Shown here piece after piece: positions 20,539-30,488 of a stretch of DNA of 64,000 nt. Numbering within the stretch: position 1 is the first letter of the stretch; each line of letters begins with the position of its first letter. The stretch lies in contig JAZURI010000001.1 of the NCBI GenBank assembly GCA_045606105.1, forward strand, positions 32,001-96,000. The letters run 5' to 3'. A program made the position numbers and the translations under genes. This stretch comes from Spirochaetia bacterium. Its GTDB lineage: Bacteria > Spirochaetota > Spirochaetia > CADAEX01. Under the pieces are notes generated by a model, which made no database searches, was not told the DNA's origin, and saw nothing but the letters and a program-made list of their open reading frames with translations.

Positions 20539-22254
20539 ATGGAAGAGTTTTTTTTGCCACGAACGGAGTTTTCTTCCTACAGTGACTTCATGGAAAACTA
20601 TGAGCTGAGAATCCCCGAAAACTTCAATTTCGGATACGATATCATGGATGCAATAGCTGCCAGGACACCCGATGCTCCGGCCATGGTATGGACCAATGAT
20701 GAAGATGAATGCTACAGGATTTCCTTCGGAAAAATGAAGGAGCTTTCCGACAGAGCCGCATCGTTTTTTCTGCAGTGCGGTATAAAAAGAGGGGATTTTG
20801 TCATGCTGATCCTCCAGAGACGATACGAGTTCTGGGTCTCCATGATTGCTCTTCACAAGATCGGTGCAGTAGCCATTCCCGCAACCCATATGCTTACCGT
20901 GGAGGATCTTGTTTTCCGCAACAACTTTGCCGGAATCAAGATGATTGTTGCAGTCAATTCTCCCGACATTATCAGGCATATTTCCGATTCTCTTCCGGAA
21001 TCTCCGACAGTCAGGCTCTGTGCCGCGGTAAACGAGTTCGGAGTAAACAGACCTCTTGACTACGTTCCCGAAGGCTGGGTCGATTTCAACGAAGGGTGCC
21101 GCAAGGCTCCTCCGTTTCCCGTTCTTCCGAGAAGCGAGGTTTCAAGCAACAACGATTACATGCTGGGATATTTCACATCAGGAACCACCAGTCATCCTAA
21201 GCTGGCCATCCATAACTTCCTTTATCCTCTGGGACATATCGTTACAGCCAAGTATTGGCAGAATGTAAGGAAGGGGGGACTTCATCTCACCGTTGCCGAC
21301 AGCGGCTGGGCCAAGACCTCCTGGGGCCGCCTTTACGGACAGTGGATCTGCGAGACCGCCCTTTTCGTTTATGACTATCATTCAAGGTTCCAGCCTACAG
21401 ATCTTCTGGAGCAGGTACAGAAGCATAAGATAACCACCTTCTGTGCTCCTCCTACCATATACCGTTTCCTTATACAGGAGGATCTTTCAGGCTACGACCT
21501 TTCATCCCTCACCCATTGTTCCACAGCGGGAGAGCCTCTTTCCGACGAGGTTTTCAACAAATGGAAGGAGTATACAGGATTTGAAATCACCGAAGGCTTC
21601 GGCCAGACAGAAACCACGGTATCCCTTTTCAATTTCGAGGGGGAGAAAATCAAGCCGGGCTCCGTGGGAAAACCTGCCCCTTACTATGATATCTGCCTTA
21701 TGGATGACAATCTGGAAGAGGTGGGAAATGCAGTTGTGGGGCAGATCTGCTTCAGGCTGAACAAGGAAAAATTCCCGGAAACAGAGGGACGCTTCCCGGG
21801 TCTTGTATGCGAATATTACGGAAGTCCCGAAAAAACCGCCGAGGTATTCAGGGACGGATACTATCTTACAGGCGATACCGCATGGCGCGACGGCGACGGA
21901 CATTACTGGTTCATGGGGCGCTGTGACGACGTAATCAAGTGCTCAGGCTACAGAATCGGTACCTTCGAGGTGGAAAGTGTTCTTGAAGGGCATCCGGCAG
22001 TTCTGGAATGCGCGGTTACGGGAGCTCCCGATCCTATCAGAGGCCAGGTGGTCAAGGCCACCATCGTCCTGACCAAGGAATACAGGCCCGGAAACCACGA
22101 TCTTAAAAAAGAAATACAGAATTATGTAAAAAGTACTACCGCTCCTTACAAATATCCCCGTATAATAGAGTTTGTGGATGAACTTCCTAAAACAATCAGC
22201 GGAAAAATCCGAAGAAATGTTATAAAAAACAAAGACAAGGAGAATGAAAAATGA
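20539..22254 (+). CDS. AMP-dependent acyl-CoA synthetase (copy 3)
   Basis: Close paralog of copy 2, same motifs. Confidence 0.92.
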   Translation: MEEFFLPRTEFSSYSDFMENYELRIPENFNFGYDIMDAIAARTPDAPAMVWTNDEDECYRISFGKMKELSDRAASFFLQCGIKRGDFVMLILQRRYEFWVSMIALHKIGAVAIPATHMLTVEDLVFRNNFAGIKMIVAVNSPDIIRHISDSLPESPTVRLCAAVNEFGVNRPLDYVPEGWVDFNEGCRKAPPFPVLPRSEVSSNNDYMLGYFTSGTTSHPKLAIHNFLYPLGHIVTAKYWQNVRKGGLHLTVADSGWAKTSWGRLYGQWICETALFVYDYHSRFQPTDLLEQVQKHKITTFCAPPTIYRFLIQEDLSGYDLSSLTHCSTAGEPLSDEVFNKWKEYTGFEITEGFGQTETTVSLFNFEGEKIKPGSVGKPAPYYDICLMDDNLEEVGNAVVGQICFRLNKEKFPETEGRFPGLVCEYYGSPEKTAEVFRDGYYLTGDTAWRDGDGHYWFMGRCDDVIKCSGYRIGTFEVESVLEGHPAVLECAVTGAPDPIRGQVVKATIVLTKEYRPGNHDLKKEIQNYVKSTTAPYKYPRIIEFVDELPKTISGKIRRNVIKNKDKENEK

Positions 22255-22757
22255 AAAAATTATTTTTTGTTGTAATGCTGACAGCAGCAGTTTCTGCATT
22301 TGCGGCACCTGCTTCCACAGTTCAGGATCTTGTTCCTGCTCCGGACAGCAAGGCTCCCAAGAATTTTGTTCTGTACAACCAGGATATCTATGAATATAAT
22401 TCCGAAGGAAAACTTATAAAGGAAACTGCGGCGGCAGACAAGGGTGTGGCAGATTCTGTTACAAAGACCTATGAGTATGACGGTGCGGGAAAGCTTATCA
22501 AGGAAAATATTTACTTCAACGGAAAGCTGGATGATTTCATGACCTATGAGTACAACAAGGACGGTACTCTGGCCAAGGAAACAGAATTCAGTGCCAAGGG
22601 AAACATCAAGAATTTCAAGACTTACACCTATCTCGACGGCGGAAAGAGAGTTGAGCGCAAGCATGTGAAATCCGACGGTGTTTATTACCGCTATGTTGTT
22701 AAACTTTACGATGCATCGGGAAATCTTCTCGAGCACTCAGAATACAGATTAAAATAA
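22251..22757 (+). CDS. Secreted protein with YD-like repeats
   Basis: Signal peptide (AFA); repeats YEYNSEGKLIKE, YEYDGAGKLIKE, YEYNKDGTLAKE. Confidence 0.6.
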   Translation: MKKLFFVVMLTAAVSAFAAPASTVQDLVPAPDSKAPKNFVLYNQDIYEYNSEGKLIKETAAADKGVADSVTKTYEYDGAGKLIKENIYFNGKLDDFMTYEYNKDGTLAKETEFSAKGNIKNFKTYTYLDGGKRVERKHVKSDGVYYRYVVKLYDASGNLLEHSEYRLK

Positions 22758-22770
22758 AAGTCAGGAAAAT

Positions 22771-24039
22771 ATGTTAGACATCAGATTCATCAAAGAAAAT
22801 CTTGCACAGGTAAAAAAGAACATTGCCGACAGGAACATGGTTGCGGATGCAGACCTTGTCGTGGAACTTTATGACAGGAAGAACGCCCTTCAGCAGCAGC
22901 TTGACCAGCTGAGACAGAAGAGAAACGAGAATGCCGCAAAAATGAAAGGAAAGCTGGAGCAGGAAGTGCGCCAGGTTCTCATTGCGGAAGGAAAGGAGCT
23001 CAAGGAGCAGATTGCCGTTCTGGAAAAGGATTTTGAGGAACAGGAAGCTGCCTACAGAAAAGCCATGATGGATATTCCGAACATGGCGCATCCGGATGCA
23101 CCTATCGGAAAAGAGGACAAGGAAAACCTGGAAGTAGCCAGATGGGGAGAGGTTCCTCAGTTCGGTTTTGAACCTAAGGATCATGTGGAACTTACAGAAG
23201 CTCTGGATATGGTGGACTTTGAGACAGCCACAAGAGTTTCCGGAACCAAGTTCTATTACCTCAAGAACGAGGCTGTAATCCTGGAACTTGCTCTTACACG
23301 CTATGTAATGGATATCCTCATGAAAGAGGGCTTTACTCCGTTCATTACCCCTGACGTGGCCAAGGAGGAGGTAGCCGCAGGAATCGGCTTCAATCCAAGA
23401 GGCGACGAAAGCAATATCTACACAGTAGAAGGAACAGGAACATGTCTGGTCGGAACAGCCGAAATCACATTGGGCGGTTACCTGGCAGGAAAGACACTGG
23501 AAGCAGACAAGCTGCCTATCAAGATGGCCGGCCTTTCTCACTGCTTCAGAAGAGAAGCCGGAGCTGCAGGTCAGTTCTCAAGAGGTCTCTACAGGGTTCA
23601 TCAGTTCTCAAAGGTAGAGATGTTCATCTACTGTCTTCCTGAAGATTCTGACAGGATGCATCAGTATATCCGTTCCGTGGAGGAGAAGATTTTCCAGGGT
23701 CTCGGAATTCCGTACCGTGTAGTTGATACCTGTACAGGAGACCTGGGTGCATCAGCATACAGAAAATATGACCTTGAGGCATGGATGCCGGGCCGCGGAG
23801 ACTGGGGCGAAATCACCAGTACCTCCAACTGTACCGATTTCCAGGCCCGCCGTCTCGGAATCAAGTACAAGACAGAAAAGGGAAGCGAATATCTGCACAT
23901 GCTCAACGGAACAGCAATGGCGCTTTCCAGGGCAATGATTGCGGTTATCGAGAACTATCAGCAGGAAGACGGCTCTATCCTTATTCCTGAAAACCTGAAG
24001 CCTTATACCGGCTTTGACAGAATCTGTCCTAAGAAATAA
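22771..24039 (+). CDS. serS: Serine--tRNA ligase
   Basis: MLDIRFI, GTAE, FRREAG, GLYRVHQF.KVE, KYDLEAW, SNCTDFQARR, LNGT. Confidence 0.97.
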   Translation: MLDIRFIKENLAQVKKNIADRNMVADADLVVELYDRKNALQQQLDQLRQKRNENAAKMKGKLEQEVRQVLIAEGKELKEQIAVLEKDFEEQEAAYRKAMMDIPNMAHPDAPIGKEDKENLEVARWGEVPQFGFEPKDHVELTEALDMVDFETATRVSGTKFYYLKNEAVILELALTRYVMDILMKEGFTPFITPDVAKEEVAAGIGFNPRGDESNIYTVEGTGTCLVGTAEITLGGYLAGKTLEADKLPIKMAGLSHCFRREAGAAGQFSRGLYRVHQFSKVEMFIYCLPEDSDRMHQYIRSVEEKIFQGLGIPYRVVDTCTGDLGASAYRKYDLEAWMPGRGDWGEITSTSNCTDFQARRLGIKYKTEKGSEYLHMLNGTAMALSRAMIAVIENYQQEDGSILIPENLKPYTGFDRICPKK

Positions 24040-24049
24040 AAGGTAGCTG

Positions 24050-25774
24050 ATGGAATTCTTATCCGGGGTTCTGCCTAACTTTATGCATTTCAATGCTGTG
24101 GAAAGTACAAACCTGGTGCTGCTTCTGGGAACAATCATGTTCCTGGGAGCCATCGGGGGAAGACTTTTTCAGAAGCTCAGGATTCCTCAGGTTGTAGGTT
24201 ATATCGTAATCGGTATAATCATCGGTCAGTCGGGTCTCCAGCTTCTTCACATTGATGTCATTACATCACTGACTCCCCTTTCCAACATAGCTCTGACACT
24301 TATCGGCTTCATGATAGGAAGCGAGCTCCGTATTACTGTAATCAGGAAATACGGAAAGCAGTTTGTGGGAATTCTCCTTCTGGAGGCCATCATTCCGTTT
24401 ATTGTTGTAACTATTCTGGTTACTTCAGTTTCCATGCTTATTACGGGGGATATAATCCTGTCCGTATCCATGGGTGCATTGCTGGGTGCTATCTCGTCGG
24501 CCACGGCTCCTGCAGCCACCACCGATGTTCTCCGTGAAAACCGTACCAAAGGACCTCTTACAACCATTGTTTACGGAATAGTTGCCATGGATGATGCCGT
24601 GGCCCTGATCCTCTACGCAATGGCTGCATCCCTTGCTTCAGCACTGCTGGGAAGCCGTACCGGTTCTCTCATGTCCCAGATAATGATGCTGGGATACGAT
24701 GTCATAGTATCGGTTGTCCTGGGTTCCCTTTTCGGCTTTGTACTGGGGCTTCTCATCAGGAACGTAATGAAGGATGAGGGAAGAATCCTGGCATTCTGTC
24801 TCGGTTCCCTGTTCCTTTCCACCGGTATATGCGAATTTCTCCATCTGGACAACATACTGGCAGCCATGTCCATGGGCTTTTTCATGGTAAACTTTGCCCC
24901 TGCAAAGACCAGACCGGTGTTTGCCCTTACCGAAAAGTTCACACCGCCTATATATGTCCTGTTTTTTGTCCTTGTAGGGGCAAAGCTGAATATATGGCAG
25001 GTGAATGCCTATGTGGCTTTCATTGCGGTGCTGTACATACTCTGCCGTACACTGGGCAAGGCCATCGGTGCCAGAATGGGTGCCAGGCTTACAAAAGCTC
25101 CTGAAACGGTGTACAAGTATCTTCCGTACTGTCTCCTTAGCCAGGCCGGAGTTGCCATCGGTCTTTCCATTGCGGCAGGTCAGGATTTTGCCGATAATAT
25201 CGGACCTACCGTCATGCTCATAATTACTGCCACCACCTTTGTGGTTCAGCTGGCAGGTCCTATTTTTGTAAAGTACGGTGTAACCAAGGCCGGCGAATGC
25301 GGTCTTGACGTGTGTGCCGAAGATATAATGAAGAACTGCTATGTGTCCGATGTGGAAAGCGGCGGACAGAAGGTCTGCTCAAGAACCTTCCATACCGTTG
25401 TCCCGGAAACAGAGAAGCTTACAAACCTTCTGGAATCCTTCAGCCGGCATCATAACCGGAGCTTTGTAGTAAAGGACAGCGAGGGAAAGCTGGCCGGGCT
25501 CATTACCCTGCAGAATCTTCAGGATTCCTTCCAGATTCTGGAATTTTCCCAGGCGGTGATTGCTGCCGATATCATGGATGAATGGAAGGGAGTCTGCAGC
25601 CCGGAAATGTCCATTCCTGAGGTTTACAAGCTTTTTGAAAAATACGATACAGATGTTCTTCCGGTGGTGGACAAGGATGGATTTGTCTGCGGTATCATGG
25701 AAAGACACACCATCGAGCGTTATCTGAAGTCTCAGGTTCTTGCCATCAGGCAGAGAATCGCTCAGCTGGGGTAA
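24050..25774 (+). CDS. Cation:proton antiporter (CPA2-like) with C-terminal CBS pair
   Basis: About 12 TM helices, ATAPA, AMDD, QAGVAIGL; CBS-like C-terminus. Confidence 0.85.
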   Translation: MEFLSGVLPNFMHFNAVESTNLVLLLGTIMFLGAIGGRLFQKLRIPQVVGYIVIGIIIGQSGLQLLHIDVITSLTPLSNIALTLIGFMIGSELRITVIRKYGKQFVGILLLEAIIPFIVVTILVTSVSMLITGDIILSVSMGALLGAISSATAPAATTDVLRENRTKGPLTTIVYGIVAMDDAVALILYAMAASLASALLGSRTGSLMSQIMMLGYDVIVSVVLGSLFGFVLGLLIRNVMKDEGRILAFCLGSLFLSTGICEFLHLDNILAAMSMGFFMVNFAPAKTRPVFALTEKFTPPIYVLFFVLVGAKLNIWQVNAYVAFIAVLYILCRTLGKAIGARMGARLTKAPETVYKYLPYCLLSQAGVAIGLSIAAGQDFADNIGPTVMLIITATTFVVQLAGPIFVKYGVTKAGECGLDVCAEDIMKNCYVSDVESGGQKVCSRTFHTVVPETEKLTNLLESFSRHHNRSFVVKDSEGKLAGLITLQNLQDSFQILEFSQAVIAADIMDEWKGVCSPEMSIPEVYKLFEKYDTDVLPVVDKDGFVCGIMERHTIERYLKSQVLAIRQRIAQLG

Positions 25775-25777
25775 GTC

Positions 25778-26572
25778 ATGGAAACAGTAATTGCTGTCAT
25801 CCTGGGCATAGTGGAAGGGCTTACGGAATTCCTTCCCGTATCATCCACAGGGCATCTTATAATTACCGGAAACATCCTTTCTTTTAACAATCCCGAATTC
25901 GAGAACATGTTCAATGTTGTCATCCAGTTCGGTGCCATAAGTGCGGTAATCTTCTATTTCTGGAAAAGGATATTCCCTTTCGGAAAGCCTGAGGAGGAGA
26001 GAAAAAGGACTTTCCGTCTCTGGTTCCGCATAGCGGCCGGTTTTATCCCGGCAGCGGTATTGGGTGTGCTTCTGGACAACCTTATCGATACCTATCTTTT
26101 TAATCCCGTAACCGTAGCTGCAGCCCTTATGGCAGGTGCGGTTCTGATTTTTATCGCAGAGGGGCGGGGACAGAAAAAAATACGGACAGAGCAGCCGGAG
26201 GATATTTCCTATAAGCAAGCATTCATAGTGGGCTGTTTCCAATGTCTGGCCATGTGGCCCGGCATGTCCAGGTCTGCCTCCACCATTATCGGCGGTATCT
26301 TCTGCGGCTTCTCCAGGGCGGCTGCGGCAGAGTTTTCGTTCCTGCTGGGAATACCGACCATCATGGGGGCATCCCTTTTCAAGCTGATGAAAGGGGGACT
26401 GAGCTTCACATCCTCAGAATGGGGTCTTATCGGAATCGGTACCGTGGTATCCTTCCTTACAGCCTTGCTGGTTATCCATTTCTTTATGGGATACCTGAGA
26501 AAATACAGTCTTAAACCATTTGCCATCTACAGGATAGTGCTGGGAGCCGCGGTTCTCATTTTCTGTCTGTAA
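25778..26572 (+). CDS. uppP: Undecaprenyl-diphosphate phosphatase
   Basis: VEGLTEFLPVSSTGH, PGMSRS.STI, AEFSF. Confidence 0.95.
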   Translation: METVIAVILGIVEGLTEFLPVSSTGHLIITGNILSFNNPEFENMFNVVIQFGAISAVIFYFWKRIFPFGKPEEERKRTFRLWFRIAAGFIPAAVLGVLLDNLIDTYLFNPVTVAAALMAGAVLIFIAEGRGQKKIRTEQPEDISYKQAFIVGCFQCLAMWPGMSRSASTIIGGIFCGFSRAAAAEFSFLLGIPTIMGASLFKLMKGGLSFTSSEWGLIGIGTVVSFLTALLVIHFFMGYLRKYSLKPFAIYRIVLGAAVLIFCL

Positions 26573-26594
26573 GGGTGATATCTAAGGAGATAAC

Positions 26595-27044
26595 ATGAAA
26601 ACAAGAGAAGAATATGTTGAACTGGCCAAAGCCAATTTCAAGAAAGGATATAACTGTTCCCAGGCAGTACTCATGACCTTTGCCGAAGAGCTGGGTATAG
26701 ATCCGGCACAGGCTGAAAAGCTTGCACAGCCCTTCGGAGCCGGAATGGGAGGAATGAGGGAGGTCTGCGGAGCGGTAAGCGGTATGTTCCTCTGTGCCGG
26801 CCTTAAATTCGGCGGCAATCCTGACAAGAAGGCACATTACATGCTTATTCAGGAAATGGCTGAAAAGTTCAGGGAACAGAGCGGCGGCTCCATCATCTGC
26901 CGTGAGCTGCTGGGGCTTTCTCCTGCAGATAAAAGCTGTGCCGCACCAAGGACACCGGAATATTACAAGAAGAGACCATGCGTTGAGCTGGTAGGAGATG
27001 CCGCCGGTATTTTTGCCGATATGTTATTGAAAAGTTCTACTTGA
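26595..27044 (+). CDS. C_GCAxxG_C_C family putative redox protein
   Basis: YNCSQAV, CGAVSG, ICRELL, C. Confidence 0.85.
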   Translation: MKTREEYVELAKANFKKGYNCSQAVLMTFAEELGIDPAQAEKLAQPFGAGMGGMREVCGAVSGMFLCAGLKFGGNPDKKAHYMLIQEMAEKFREQSGGSIICRELLGLSPADKSCAAPRTPEYYKKRPCVELVGDAAGIFADMLLKSST

Positions 27045-27081
27045 TTTTTTCAATATTTGATTTCTATAATAACATAATATT

Positions 27082-27654
27082 ATGAAAGCACTGGAAGAAA
27101 AGATTCTGCGGGAAGGGGTAGTTCTTCCCGGTAATGTTTTAAAGGTAAATTCATTTCTCAATCATAATCTGGATGTGGAATTTCTGGCGGAAATGGGCAG
27201 GGAGATAGCTTCTGTCTATGCCGGTACCCGAATTGACCGTATCCTTACCATAGAGGCATCGGGAATTGCACTGGCGGTTCTCACTGCAACAGAGCTGAAG
27301 GTTCCCGTAACCTTTGCAAAGAAAAACAAGACCAACAATATTTCAGGAAAAGTTTATACAGCACCTATTCATTCCTACACCCACAATATTGATTACACAG
27401 CTGTGGTGACTGCAGATTTTATCAAGACCGGAGAAAATGTACTTCTTATAGATGATTTTCTTGCAAAAGGGGGCGCCCTGAACGGACTTATAAAGATAGC
27501 TGAGCAGGCCGGAGCCAATGTGGTGGGTGCCGCCATAGCCATAGAAAAAGGGTTCCAGGGGGGCGGAGATGCTCTCAGGGCACAGGGTATAAGGGTAGAA
27601 TCCCTTGCAATAATTGAATCCATGAGCGAGAATTCTCTTGAGTTCCGCCATTGA
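27082..27654 (+). CDS. xpt: Xanthine phosphoribosyltransferase
   Basis: LKVNSFLNH, TIEASGI, LIDDFLA.G, IEKGFQGG. Confidence 0.92.
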   Translation: MKALEEKILREGVVLPGNVLKVNSFLNHNLDVEFLAEMGREIASVYAGTRIDRILTIEASGIALAVLTATELKVPVTFAKKNKTNNISGKVYTAPIHSYTHNIDYTAVVTADFIKTGENVLLIDDFLAKGGALNGLIKIAEQAGANVVGAAIAIEKGFQGGGDALRAQGIRVESLAIIESMSENSLEFRH

Positions 27655-27675
27655 TATAAAGAAAAGGATGATAAA

Positions 27676-28941
27676 ATGAAAAAGTTTTTAATGTTTTTGA
27701 CAGCTGCAGCCATAATTTTTTCAATGGTATCATGTGGCGGAAAAAAGGCGGAACCGGCTCCTGCAAAGGCAGCTGCAGCCTCAGCTCCTGCAGTGGAAGC
27801 ACAGAAACCGGCAGGAGATGATTACAGCAATATCAAGATCGGATTTATTTTCCTCCACGATCCTGCATCATCAACCTATGACAACAACTTCTACCAGGCA
27901 GCCCTGGAGGTTCAGAAAAAGCTCGGTCTTTCAAATGACCAGGTTATTTTCAAGTGGAATATCGAAGAGGGCTCCATCTGCTACGATACAGCATGTGATA
28001 TGGCCGACTCAGGATGTAATATTGTATTTGCCGACAGCTTCGGTCACGAAACCTACATGATCCAGGCTGCAAGGGAATATCCAGATGTTCAGTTCTGTCA
28101 TGCCACAGGTACAAAATCCCGTTCCGAGGGAGTTGCAAACTTCCATAACGCCTTTGCTTCCATTTACGAGGGTCGTTATCTGGCAGGTATTGCGGCAGGT
28201 ATGAAAATCAATGAAATGATTGAAAGCGGAAAAATCAAGCCGGAACAGGCTAAGCTGGGTTATGTGGGCGCTTTCCCATATGCAGAGGTTATTTCCGGTT
28301 ATACATCCTTCTTCCTGGGTGCAAGATCCGTATGTCCTACAGCCACAATGGAGGTAACATACACAAACTCATGGTTTGATATTGCCAAGGAAAAGACAGG
28401 TGCCGAAGCTCTTATCAAGAACGGTTGTATCTTTATCAGCCAGCATGCCGACTCAGAGGGTGCACCTAAGGCCTGTGCCGAAAACGGAGTTCCTAATGTA
28501 TCATACAATGTGGATACAATCCATCTCGGACCTGACACAGCCCTTATTTCCTCAAGAATCAACTGGGCTCCTTATTTCGAGCTTATCATCAAGGCCACAG
28601 CAAAGGGCGAAAACTTTGTTACCGATTATATCGGAACCATGGCTACAGGCTCCGTAGAGCTTACAAAGCTTAACGAAAGGGTTGCAGCCAAGGGAACACA
28701 GGAAGCTCTGGACAAGGCAATCAGCGATTTCAAGGCAGGAAAAATCAAGGTATTCGGTACAGACACATTCACCTACAAGGGCGAAAAGCTTACAGAGTAT
28801 ATTGCCGATGTAGTGGATATGGGCGATTTCAAACCTGAAACAAATGTAATCATCAACGGTGAGTTTGTTGAATCGGGAGAGCAGTTCCGTTCAGCACCTT
28901 ACTTTGACATTATGATTGACGGTATCAAGAAATACGAATAA
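27676..28941 (+). CDS. BMP-family nucleoside ABC transporter lipoprotein
   Basis: Lipobox MVSC; SFG, YEGRYLAG.AAG, GYVGAF, QHAD. Confidence 0.88.
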   Translation: MKKFLMFLTAAAIIFSMVSCGGKKAEPAPAKAAAASAPAVEAQKPAGDDYSNIKIGFIFLHDPASSTYDNNFYQAALEVQKKLGLSNDQVIFKWNIEEGSICYDTACDMADSGCNIVFADSFGHETYMIQAAREYPDVQFCHATGTKSRSEGVANFHNAFASIYEGRYLAGIAAGMKINEMIESGKIKPEQAKLGYVGAFPYAEVISGYTSFFLGARSVCPTATMEVTYTNSWFDIAKEKTGAEALIKNGCIFISQHADSEGAPKACAENGVPNVSYNVDTIHLGPDTALISSRINWAPYFELIIKATAKGENFVTDYIGTMATGSVELTKLNERVAAKGTQEALDKAISDFKAGKIKVFGTDTFTYKGEKLTEYIADVVDMGDFKPETNVIINGEFVESGEQFRSAPYFDIMIDGIKKYE

Positions 28942-28952
28942 GGGAGAACAGT

Positions 28953-30488
28953 TTGGCTGTACCTGCAATAGAACTCAGGAACATAACCAAAACCTTTGCC
29001 AGAAAGGTCAATGACAATATTTCATTTACCGTGGAACGGGGTGAGATAGTTGCCCTTCTGGGAGAAAACGGAAGCGGCAAGACCACCCTCATGAACATAA
29101 TTTCCGGAATCTACTATCCCGATTCCGGAGAGATTTTCATAGACGGTAAAAAGGCGGTGATCACATCGCCGAAGGATGCCTTCGGATATAAAATCGGTAT
29201 GATTCATCAGCACTTCAAGCTGGTGGATGTATTTACCGCAGCGGAAAACATTGTGCTGGGGCTGAAGGATTCCGGAAAGTTTGACATGGCCAAGGTCTGT
29301 TCCAGAGTCCGTGAAATCAGTACCAGGTACGGATTTGACATTGATCCCGAAAAGAAGATTTATGAAATGTCGGTATCGGAAAAGCAGGCGGTGGAAATCA
29401 TCAAGGTGATGTACCGCAATGCGGAAATCCTGATACTGGATGAACCTACAGCGGTTCTTACTCCGCAGGAGACCAGAAAGCTTTTCTCCATCCTTAAAAA
29501 GATGAGGGAGGACGGAAAGGCAATCATCATCATTACCCACAAGCTTCATGAGGTAATGGAGCTTTCCAACAGGGTGGTGGTTCTCAGGCGCGGTGAATAT
29601 GCAGGCTTTATCAGAACCTCCGAAACCTCGGAGGCACAGCTTGCCGATATGATGGTAGGTCAGAAGGTAAGGCTGAACATAGAGCGTCCGGAGCCTAAGA
29701 ATGTCCGGAAAAGAATCGAGATAAAGAATCTCAGCTGTCTGGGACCGGAGGGAAACAAGGTTCTGGATGATGTAAGCCTAGATGCCTATTCCGGGGAAAT
29801 TCTCGGTATTGCCGGAATTTCGGGAAGCGGGCAGAAGGAGCTTCTTGAGGCAGTAGTCGGCCTGCAGAAAATAGTCGGCGGAACAATAATGTATACTGAC
29901 CCAAATACAGGAAAGGTCAGCAATCTGGTAAACAAGACACCGCTGCAGATCAGGGCGCTGGGAGTCCGTCTGGCATTTGTTCCTGAGGATCGTCTGGGAA
30001 TGGGACTGGTGGGCAACATGAGCATTACCGATAACATAATGCTCAGAAGCTATACTAAGGGAAACAGCTTTTTCCTGGAAAGAAAGACACCTAAGGATCT
30101 GGCGGAAAAAATCATAAAACAGCTTCAGGTTTCCACACCGGGAGCATCAACTCCGGTCCGCCGTCTTTCGGGCGGTAATGTCCAGAAGGTTCTGGTAGGA
30201 AGGGAAATCGAAGCCACTCCGCCGGTACTCATGGCTGCCTACCCGGTAAGAGGACTGGATATAAATTCTGCATACAATATCTACAAGCTGCTCAACGAAC
30301 AGAAGGAGCAGGGTGTGGCAGTAATATTCGTAGGAGAGGATCTGGATGTTCTTCTTGAGCTCTGCGACAGGATTCTGGTGCTTTCATCAGGCTGTGTGGC
30401 AGGGGTTGTTGACGGTCGTACAGCCTCCAAGGAAGAGATAGGCCTGCTGATGACCAAGGGACAGGGAGGAAAACATGAGACTGCCTGA
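28953..30488 (+). CDS. Nucleoside/sugar ABC transporter ATP-binding protein
   Basis: GENGSGKT, MIHQHF, DEPT, LSGGNVQK; TTG start. Confidence 0.92.
   Translation: MAVPAIELRNITKTFARKVNDNISFTVERGEIVALLGENGSGKTTLMNIISGIYYPDSGEIFIDGKKAVITSPKDAFGYKIGMIHQHFKLVDVFTAAENIVLGLKDSGKFDMAKVCSRVREISTRYGFDIDPEKKIYEMSVSEKQAVEIIKVMYRNAEILILDEPTAVLTPQETRKLFSILKKMREDGKAIIIITHKLHEVMELSNRVVVLRRGEYAGFIRTSETSEAQLADMMVGQKVRLNIERPEPKNVRKRIEIKNLSCLGPEGNKVLDDVSLDAYSGEILGIAGISGSGQKELLEAVVGLQKIVGGTIMYTDPNTGKVSNLVNKTPLQIRALGVRLAFVPEDRLGMGLVGNMSITDNIMLRSYTKGNSFFLERKTPKDLAEKIIKQLQVSTPGASTPVRRLSGGNVQKVLVGREIEATPPVLMAAYPVRGLDINSAYNIYKLLNEQKEQGVAVIFVGEDLDVLLELCDRILVLSSGCVAGVVDGRTASKEEIGLLMTKGQGGKHETA

Noticed and set aside
27045-27081. 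Purine riboswitch upstream of xpt
   Set aside because: The gap is only 37 nt and holds just a TTGATT-N18-TATAAT promoter
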